NCBI RefSeq assembly: GCF_029232205.1 | Contig: NZ_CP107255.1 | Coordinates: 360,001 to 392,000 of the forward strand | Length of the DNA: 32,000 nucleotides | Source of the DNA: Candidatus Saccharimonadota bacterium | GTDB taxonomy: Archaea > Nanohalarchaeota > Nanosalinia > Nanosalinales > Nanosalinaceae | Direction of reading: 5' to 3' | Part shown: piece by piece, positions 22,903 through 29,906 of the stretch | Layout: every line of letters begins with the position of its first letter | Numbering within the stretch: position 1 is the first letter of the stretch | Notes under the pieces: generated by a model | What the model saw: only the letters and a program-made list of their open reading frames with translations | What the model was told of the DNA's origin: nothing | The model's database searches: none | Program-made: the position numbers and the translations under genes

Positions 22903-25614
22903 ATGAAGAAAGACATATTTTTGCTTATGGGCTTGAAACTTGGTAAAATCTTTACAGTTTTTATTCTGGCCATACTTCTGGTTTCAACAGGTGCTGCCTA
23001 CACTAACTGGGACCCTGGGGAGCCCAGTAATACAGGAGGAAATGAGGAGTGTGCTGAGATGTTCACTACTAGCTATTGGAATGATCAGCCCTGTGATGAG
23101 AATCTGCCTGCGATCTGTGAGGCGTCTGATGGTACTTACAGTACTACCGGGAGTATGTCTTGGATGGCTGCGCGAGATGTCTGTGAAAGTAGAGGGGAGC
23201 ACCTGGTAGTTATTAATGATCAGTCTGAGCAGAATTATCTTCAGGCTAACTATGGCTATGGGTGGATAGGTTATCGTCAATCTAGTACTGGTTCTGAGCC
23301 TGGAGGTGGATGGGGGTGGAGTGCAGATCTGGAGTCTGAGGTAGTAAGTAGTAGCTCCAGTGTTCAGGATGTTGATTCTGATGGGGATTATGTTAGGGGT
23401 CGTCCGGTAAAAACTACGTTCACCTATGAAGTCCAGAATCCATACAAACCTATTGATACTGCTTTTGCACTTGATGGTTCTGGGAGTATGGGCAATTCTC
23501 GCTACGATGTGGCCGATGCTACAAAGGATTATATAGATGGAGCCAATACAGGTCAAGGAGATACTATTGCAGTATCAGAACTTGGAGAACAGCTTCAAAG
23601 TTTGACCACTGATAAATCTGATGCTAAAAGTGCTGCGGATCGTTACTGGGATGAAAGTCGGAGTTCGTGTATCGGCTGCGGTATTTCTAAGGCTCATGAT
23701 CATCTTAAGGAGGGCAATAATCCTATCCAGGTGATTGTAGTTCTTGCTGATGCACAGGGAGGTTACAGCGGTCAGGCCGATGATGCAAGAGATGATGGAG
23801 TAGAAGTCCATGGGATCATGTATCCTGGGGCCGATATCAACAACTTCGAGAAAGTTACTGATTCTACCTGTGAAATGAATTCTGATGAGAACAGTGACGG
23901 AGATAACTGCTGGTACGGATCTTCAGGCACGATAGATGAGGTCTATGATTCTATTCAGGAAGAAGTTCAGGCGGAAGCAACTGCTGATTTGAATATGGTT
24001 ATGCCGGATTATACATATACTCAAGATAGCTTCGATAGTCTTGAAAATCATGCTGATGGTGAAAACTATATCAGAGAAGATATAGATGCCAGCAGCGGAA
24101 CACATACAGAGACCTTCACATGGCGCCCACTTACTGATGGTAGCGGTAAGGTGGTGAAAACAGGAAGTTCATATATAGATTTTCGATCAGATGGGAGTAC
24201 CACGACCTATAATTTTCCATCCTCACATACTGAAGATATCTACTATGTAGATCTTAATGTATCTGACCACTCTCTTCTAAGGCGGAACGGCATGATAACT
24301 GTAAATCTCACGCTCCGGAATAAAGGCAATATAGAGTCTAAAACAAGGCCGTTACATCTGACAGATGAGGATAACAATATTTTATCGCGTCAGATAGATC
24401 CTATACCTGCAGGAGGAAAACACTATGAAGTATTCCGGGTAGCTGAAAATAATCTAACTTTCAGAGATGCACAGCGCATAACAGCTCATATAGATCCTAA
24501 TACTGGAGGTTTCTGGTCTACAGCACCTCTAGGAGAGGGTGAGGCCCTAGAACCTGATGAAACCAATAACGATATGCCTATAGGTTATCCACCGCTTCTT
24601 TCATCTACTTCGCCATCAACAGTTAACTGGGATGATAACTTCCGATTCAGCCTGAATTTTGATCACTACTATCCTGATCAGGTACAGGGAAATTATACTG
24701 TATTAGAAGATGGCAATAAAATTAGAGATGAGGCTTCCTACAGCAAACCTGCAGAGGGGACACTGAGAACTAACCAGATAGATAATGATGAGTCCAGAAT
24801 ATACTACAATATTACGAGCAAGATAAGAGGGCCGCAGGGAGCTTTATCTGTTTACAATCATACTTTCTACGTCAGTAATCCGAGGCCTGAGATCTATGCT
24901 GCTGAGCCGAAGAACTTGAACAGTGTGTATCAGAATCCTGTGCAGTTGAGGGCCTTTGTAGATGATGAGAATAATGTTGAGAATTCTAATGGCCTTAATG
25001 TTAGTATCTATAATCAGGAGACTGGAAATCTTCTGAAGGAGGTTGAGGGTGTAGCTCCGAGGACACCTGTATCTTATTCCTGGTCTGAGGCTGATGAGGC
25101 GGGTAAGACTTATCGCTGGAATGTGACTGTTTCTGATGACTGGGATACTGTTTCCGAGGTTTTCAGGTTTGTGAAAGGTTCAAGAGTGAGTTACAGGACT
25201 GAGACTGAGAGCAATTACAGTTACTCTGGTGTCGTTACTTCTTCGGGAGGTCAGGGAGCTTTCAGGTACAGTGTACGGAATCGTCTTGAATTCAACAAAA
25301 ATAATATGCGGACTACACTTTCAGGAGTAGATGCCCGGTTTGAGAGTACTGGAACAGGTACCAAGAGCTATGCGTTGCCTAAAGAATCGTCAAAAACCTT
25401 CAATATAATAGTTAATCCTGGAAATGGGCTTGAAGGCCAACAATATCTTACGGTCACCACTACTAACGAAGACCTAGGCATTAATAACACCGATAAGATT
25501 CCTATATTTATCCGCAGTGATGCTAAAAGAAGTAGAGGGGTTCCGGGCCTATCAATATTGAATATTTTGTTTATGATTCTGGCCTCTACCCTTTATTTCG
25601 CTGGTTCTCACTGA
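22903..25614 (+). CDS. Secreted surface protein: signal peptide, permuted C-type-lectin-like domain, vWA, CARDB-like domain, beta-rich repeats, VPGL+TM C-terminal tail
   Basis: Signal/TM FTVFILAILLVSTGAAY; CTLD motifs (see the separate feature); vWA DGSGS (23473-23487); CARDB-like LTLRNKGN...IPAGG...EPDETNND; C-terminal RSRGVPGLSILNILFMILASTLYFAGSH. An alternative start at ATG 22927 (MGLKLGK...) is possible. Confidence 0.8.
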   Translation: MKKDIFLLMGLKLGKIFTVFILAILLVSTGAAYTNWDPGEPSNTGGNEECAEMFTTSYWNDQPCDENLPAICEASDGTYSTTGSMSWMAARDVCESRGEHLVVINDQSEQNYLQANYGYGWIGYRQSSTGSEPGGGWGWSADLESEVVSSSSSVQDVDSDGDYVRGRPVKTTFTYEVQNPYKPIDTAFALDGSGSMGNSRYDVADATKDYIDGANTGQGDTIAVSELGEQLQSLTTDKSDAKSAADRYWDESRSSCIGCGISKAHDHLKEGNNPIQVIVVLADAQGGYSGQADDARDDGVEVHGIMYPGADINNFEKVTDSTCEMNSDENSDGDNCWYGSSGTIDEVYDSIQEEVQAEATADLNMVMPDYTYTQDSFDSLENHADGENYIREDIDASSGTHTETFTWRPLTDGSGKVVKTGSSYIDFRSDGSTTTYNFPSSHTEDIYYVDLNVSDHSLLRRNGMITVNLTLRNKGNIESKTRPLHLTDEDNNILSRQIDPIPAGGKHYEVFRVAENNLTFRDAQRITAHIDPNTGGFWSTAPLGEGEALEPDETNNDMPIGYPPLLSSTSPSTVNWDDNFRFSLNFDHYYPDQVQGNYTVLEDGNKIRDEASYSKPAEGTLRTNQIDNDESRIYYNITSKIRGPQGALSVYNHTFYVSNPRPEIYAAEPKNLNSVYQNPVQLRAFVDDENNVENSNGLNVSIYNQETGNLLKEVEGVAPRTPVSYSWSEADEAGKTYRWNVTVSDDWDTVSEVFRFVKGSRVSYRTETESNYSYSGVVTSSGGQGAFRYSVRNRLEFNKNNMRTTLSGVDARFESTGTGTKSYALPKESSKTFNIIVNPGNGLEGQQYLTVTTTNEDLGINNTDKIPIFIRSDAKRSRGVPGLSILNILFMILASTLYFAGSH
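22999..23328 (+). other. C-type lectin-like domain with permuted segment order (aa 33-142 of the 903-aa protein)
   Basis: YTNWDPGEPSNTGGNEECAEMFTTSYWNDQPCDENLPAICE (canonical C-terminal half: EPN-like EPS, WND, 3 Cys) comes before MSWMAARDVCESRGEHLVVINDQSEQNYLQ...GWIGYRQ...GGGWGWSAD (canonical N-terminal half: W-A-C-G-HL-I-E-FL-WIG-WxW). Confidence 0.65.
24871..24984 (+). repeat. Near-identical nucleotide tract shared with 27276-27389 (copy 1)
   Basis: Hand alignment gives 108 of 114 nt identical, including synonymous sites. The immediately upstream coding sequence of the two genes is clearly diverged. Confidence 0.85.
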
Positions 25615-25661
25615 TCTGCAGTTGTTAACTTCTTTAATCGGAGGAAACAAATTATTGAATA

Positions 25662-28019
25662 ATGAAGAAAGGCCTGCTGGCTTTTATTGTTGTTCTGTAT
25701 CTTGCTCTTGCTTCAGGTGCAAATACGTATGCAAATGACTTGAGCTCTTCTGCAGTGGATGTTGATGGGGATGGCGAGTTTGTGATGGGTAGAGAAGTTG
25801 TTACCAGTTTTAATTATACTATAAACAATCCTTATCGGCCTATTGATACGGCGATTGTGATCGACGAGTCTGGCAGTATGAGCGGTGTGATTGGCTCGGC
25901 TAAACAGGGCGCCAAAGATTATGTGGATGCTACTAATACTTCTTCCGGCGATAGAAATGCTGTGGTGGAGTTTGAAAGTGATGCAGATATTCTTGAATCT
26001 CTTACAACCAGTAAACAGGATGCTAAGGATGCTATAGATACTATAAATGATGGTGGAGGAACGGATCTTCCTGCGGGCGTTTCGAAAGGCCACAGCGCGT
26101 TAACTAGTGCTAGCGATCCTAATCCTATCCAGGTAATGATTGTGCTTGCAGATGGAGGTGGTGGAGATCCCGGTACTGAGGCCGATGATGCCAGGGATGA
26201 TGGTATTGAGGTGCATGGGATAATGTATGGTTCGGGGGCCAGTACCAGTGAGTTTGAAAGCATGACAGATTCCTCTGATTGCAGTAAGAACTCCAATGAA
26301 AACAGTGATGGTGACTCTTGCTGGTATGCTGAGACTGGATCGATAACCAGTGTCTACGAACAGATTAGAGAACAGGTAGATCAGGACGTGCAGGGAGAGC
26401 TCGGTGTAGTACTTCCTGATCATGCCTATGTTGATTCAAGCTACGATAGCTCTACTGATCTTTCTGGCCCAAATACACGGTATAAGCTAACAGATATCCC
26501 AACAGATGATGGGGAGTACAAAAGAAGTTTCAGCTGGTATCCAACAACCAAGGGCTATGAAACTATAAAGACGGGAGAATCCTACCTTAAGCTAGATGTA
26601 CAAGGTTCAACAGACTATTACAACTATACTTCATCTTTCGATAGAGATATCAAGTATGTGGACTTCAGTATTCAGGACACAAATATTGAAAGAGAGGAAA
26701 CAGAGATCAATGTAAACTATACTGTCGCCAATGATGGAAATATTGCTTCTAGGCCAAGAGATTTGAAAATTATCGATGGTGAAGGCCATATAATTAGTCG
26801 TAATGTAGACCCCATCCCTGCGGGAGGCACTTTCTTCGATAACTTTACTGTAGGCGCTAACCACAATGTTTTCCAGGATTCTAATAGGATTACGGCCTTT
26901 ATGGACTACCTTGGTTTCTTCAACTCAATTCCTCCTGGAGAAGGAGGCACGCTAGAACCAAATGAGAACAACAACGACCAGTTAATGGGCTATCCTCCCC
27001 GGTTGATAAGCACTTCACCGTCAACTGTTGAGTGGAACGATACTTTCAGGTTTAGCCTGGATTTCGGCCATTATTATGCAGATCAGGTTCAGGGAAAGTA
27101 CTCGGTGTACGAAAACGGTACTTTGATCAGAGATAACGTAAGTTTCTCCAAGCCAGCAGAGGGAACTGTACAGACTAATGATATAGATAACGATAATTCC
27201 ACGATTTACTACAATATCACCAGCTATCTGGAAGGTCCTAGCGGCGCCACAGCTATCTACAGAGACAGTTATTATGTCAGTAATCCGAGGCCTGAGATCT
27301 ATGCTGCTGAGCCGAAGAATTTGAACAGTGTGTATGAGTCTCCTGTGCAGTTAAGGGCCTTTGTAGATGATGAAAATAATGTTGAGAATCCGAATAATCT
27401 GAATGTGACTGTCCGTGATTATGAGACAGGCCGTCTTCTTCTTTCAAAGAAAAATGTCTTGCCTCGTTCTTCTGTAAGTTATGATTGGGTTTCTGCAGAT
27501 CAGGATGGCAAGACTTATCGCTGGAATGTGACTGTTGAGGATCGATGGCATCAGGTCTCTGAAGTTTTCAGGTTCAAGAAGTCAACAAGATTCAGCTACA
27601 GAACTGAGACTGAGAGCAATTACAGTTACTCTGGAGTTGTGGCCTCTTCGGGGGGTCAGGGAGATTTCAGGTTTACTGTCAGTAATCCTCTTGATTTTGA
27701 CAAGGACGACATGCAGACAAGCTTGTCAGGAGTGGATGCCAAGTTTGAAGGCACGGGCACGAACACGAAAAGTTATTCTCTCCCGAATGGAACTACCAGG
27801 ACTTTCAATATTATTGTCTCGCCGAACTCTTCTCAAACCGGCCAGCAATACCTGCAGATTACAACCACGAATCAGGATTTAAACATCAATAATACAGATA
27901 ATATTCCCATCTACATTAGAAAGGATGCGAAGAGAAGTAGAGGAGTTCCAGGCCTTGGAATGCTTCAGCTAATGGTGCTGCTGGCTTCCTCGGCGTTAAT
28001 ATTTTTCAGAAGAATTTAA
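25662..28019 (+). CDS. Secreted surface protein, paralog of 22903-25614 without the lectin module: signal peptide, vWA, CARDB-like, beta-rich repeats, VPGL+TM tail
   Basis: MKKGLLAFIVVLYLALASGANTYA signal; vWA DESGS...GGGTD...LADGG (complete MIDAS); NYTVANDGN...IPAGG...EPNENNND; colinear with the upstream paralog to the C-terminus RSRGVPGLGMLQLMVLLASSALIFFRRI. Confidence 0.8.
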   Translation: MKKGLLAFIVVLYLALASGANTYANDLSSSAVDVDGDGEFVMGREVVTSFNYTINNPYRPIDTAIVIDESGSMSGVIGSAKQGAKDYVDATNTSSGDRNAVVEFESDADILESLTTSKQDAKDAIDTINDGGGTDLPAGVSKGHSALTSASDPNPIQVMIVLADGGGGDPGTEADDARDDGIEVHGIMYGSGASTSEFESMTDSSDCSKNSNENSDGDSCWYAETGSITSVYEQIREQVDQDVQGELGVVLPDHAYVDSSYDSSTDLSGPNTRYKLTDIPTDDGEYKRSFSWYPTTKGYETIKTGESYLKLDVQGSTDYYNYTSSFDRDIKYVDFSIQDTNIEREETEINVNYTVANDGNIASRPRDLKIIDGEGHIISRNVDPIPAGGTFFDNFTVGANHNVFQDSNRITAFMDYLGFFNSIPPGEGGTLEPNENNNDQLMGYPPRLISTSPSTVEWNDTFRFSLDFGHYYADQVQGKYSVYENGTLIRDNVSFSKPAEGTVQTNDIDNDNSTIYYNITSYLEGPSGATAIYRDSYYVSNPRPEIYAAEPKNLNSVYESPVQLRAFVDDENNVENPNNLNVTVRDYETGRLLLSKKNVLPRSSVSYDWVSADQDGKTYRWNVTVEDRWHQVSEVFRFKKSTRFSYRTETESNYSYSGVVASSGGQGDFRFTVSNPLDFDKDDMQTSLSGVDAKFEGTGTNTKSYSLPNGTTRTFNIIVSPNSSQTGQQYLQITTTNQDLNINNTDNIPIYIRKDAKRSRGVPGLGMLQLMVLLASSALIFFRRI
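27276..27389 (+). repeat. Near-identical nucleotide tract shared with 24871-24984 (copy 2)
   Basis: Same alignment as copy 1. Further exact matches: 25105-25131 = 27510-27536 (27 nt) and 25198-25229 = 27603-27634 (32 nt). Confidence 0.85.
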
Positions 28020-28207
28020 TCTTCTTTGTTCTGGACTACTCTTACAATGTAGCCAGCAACTCTGTTTCTAAGCTTCTTAGACTTGAACTCATCCATATCC
28101 TTGAGTTCTTCCTTGTTTTCGTCGAAGTCTTCTGAAAATCTTTCTTCATCAGCACTTACCAGGTCCTTGGCAAGTCTCTTAACATAGGTTTGTCTTACAC
28201 GTCCCAT
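28016..28207 (-). CDS. rps17e: 30S ribosomal protein eS17 (S17e)
   Basis: MGRVRQTYVKRLAKDLV... is the conserved eS17 N-terminus. ATG 28207 is preferred over the ORF-track GTG at 28219. 63 aa is typical of archaeal eS17. Confidence 0.9.
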   Translation of the reverse strand: MGRVRQTYVKRLAKDLVSADEERFSEDFDENKEELKDMDEFKSKKLRNRVAGYIVRVVQNKED

Positions 28208-28278
28208 ACAGCAAAACACTCGAAGACAAACTTCTTAAACCCTCTACTTTAAACGCCATCTTCTCCGAATAACTAAAC

Positions 28279-28569
28279 ATGACCAAGATCAGAAGACTGG
28301 TGCTTGACGTACTGAAACCTCACAAGCCCGGAATGGTAAAACTTGCAGAAGAAGTAGAGAAATGCTCGGGAGTAGAAGGCCTCAACGCAACTATCTACGA
28401 AATAGATGAAGAAGTAAGAAACCTGAAAGTTACAATTGAAGGAGAAAATATTGACGACAAAGAGGTAAGAGAGGCCGTAGAAGATCTTGGAGGCAGCATA
28501 CACTCGATCGATGAGATTGTTTACGGCGATAAAATAGTTGAAGAAAGCAAGACTCCGCAGGACAAGTAA
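28279..28569 (+). CDS. DUF211 (COG1888) family protein
   Basis: IRRLVLDVLKPHKP...GVEGLNATIYEIDEEV...ITIEGENID...GGSIHSIDEIV matches the archaeal DUF211 pattern. Confidence 0.8.
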   Translation: MTKIRRLVLDVLKPHKPGMVKLAEEVEKCSGVEGLNATIYEIDEEVRNLKVTIEGENIDDKEVREAVEDLGGSIHSIDEIVYGDKIVEESKTPQDK

Positions 28570-29138
28570 TGCTAGAGAAAATCCGTGAGGCCTGGAAGAA
28601 TGAAGACGTCAGAAAGATTTCCAGACGCTACTTTATCTCCAACGGCTTCGACGGAACACTAACTTCTACAGGCGTAGCAGTAGGAAGCTTTCTAACAGGA
28701 GTTCCTTCAGGCCTCACAGTTTTCAAGGTAGGTATAGGTGCAGGAATAGGCCTTGCAACTTCAGGAGTATGGAGTGTATGGGAAATTGAGAGAGCAGAGA
28801 AACTGGCCGAAGTCCACGAACTTGAAGGCCCGATGATGAAAGATCTTGAAGACACAGAGATACACAGGAAGAAGAAAGAAGGCCGTGTAGTTAACGCAGC
28901 AATGAGTGGTTTAGGCCCGGTAATAGGTATTTTGCTTCCTTTGATACCTTTCCTTTTCGAACCAGTGATTGGAATGCTTTACTCGACTGTGGCCTCGGTA
29001 CTGGTTGGAATGATGTTGCTGGGAGCTTTCGGAGTCTACATGGGAAGGCTTTCAGGCCAGAAACTGTATGTCGCTGCTGGCAGGATGGCTGCAGCAGGCC
29101 TTGTAGTTACACTTCTCAATGTAGTGCTTCCTGGCTAA
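28569..29138 (+). CDS. TIGR00267 / VIT1-CCC1-related small membrane protein
   Basis: RRYFISNGFDGTLTSTGVAVG plus glycine-rich TM helices. The start overlaps the DUF211 stop (TAATG). Confidence 0.7.
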   Translation: MLEKIREAWKNEDVRKISRRYFISNGFDGTLTSTGVAVGSFLTGVPSGLTVFKVGIGAGIGLATSGVWSVWEIERAEKLAEVHELEGPMMKDLEDTEIHRKKKEGRVVNAAMSGLGPVIGILLPLIPFLFEPVIGMLYSTVASVLVGMMLLGAFGVYMGRLSGQKLYVAAGRMAAAGLVVTLLNVVLPG

Positions 29139-29177
29139 CAGTTATTTTCAATAAGATATCTTGCCAATAGTCTAGGT

Positions 29178-29897
29178 ATGACAGAACTCCTGTACTATCC
29201 TGGCAATGAGTATCAGAAAGAATTTGATTCAGAGGTTTCAAAAGCAAGAGAGGTTGACGGATACATCTGCCTGAAGGAAACCCTTTTCTACAAGGAAGGT
29301 GGCGGCCAGCCAGCAGATCACGGAAAGATTTCGTGGAATGGGAAAAAGGCCCAAGTGACTGATGTGCAGAAAGAGCATGGAGAGATCAGACACTACATTG
29401 AGGGAGATTTCCCGGAGCCAGGACAGGAAGTTCACGGTGAAATTGACTGGGAGCGACGTTATAAGCATATGAGAATGCATACGGCCCAGCACGTTCTTTC
29501 CTGGATAGCTCTTGAAGAGTATGATGCAACGACGGCAGGAAACCAGATTCACGAGGATCAGTCAAGAATAGATTTTAAGCCTGTAGAGTTTGATGAGGAA
29601 GATGTGGAGAAAATTGAAAGAGAGGCCAATGCACTGATTGAGAAAGGTCTTGAAGTAAGTAAAAAGGAGATGGCCCGTGATCTTGTTGAGGAAAGGCTGA
29701 CAGAAGGCCGTACCAATCTGGATCTTATTCCTGACAGCATAGACCCTCTTAGAGTAGTAGTGATTGGAGAAGATGATATCTGTCCATGTGGCGGTACTCA
29801 CGTTGACAGTATCGATGAGATTGGAAAAATTAATATCGTGAACAGGGTTTCGAAAGGTGCTAATGTGGAAAGGCTGGAGTTCGAGCTGGAGGAGTAG
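29178..29897 (+). CDS. alaX: Alanyl-tRNA editing protein AlaX (AlaX-M type)
   Basis: TLFYKEGGGQPADHG, HTAQHVLS (HxxxH) and CPCGGTHV (CxxxH) zinc-binding editing-site motifs; about 240 aa. Confidence 0.9.
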   Translation: MTELLYYPGNEYQKEFDSEVSKAREVDGYICLKETLFYKEGGGQPADHGKISWNGKKAQVTDVQKEHGEIRHYIEGDFPEPGQEVHGEIDWERRYKHMRMHTAQHVLSWIALEEYDATTAGNQIHEDQSRIDFKPVEFDEEDVEKIEREANALIEKGLEVSKKEMARDLVEERLTEGRTNLDLIPDSIDPLRVVVIGEDDICPCGGTHVDSIDEIGKINIVNRVSKGANVERLEFELEE

Positions 29898-29906
29898 TTT
29901 GCTTCT

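Noticed and set aside
22940-26864. Several ORFs in other frames of the two surface-protein genes (e.g. 22984-23556 -, 25713-26093 -, 25919-26296 -)
   Set aside because: They are shadow ORFs of long, well-supported genes. Paralog-to-paralog conservation follows the + strand frames only.
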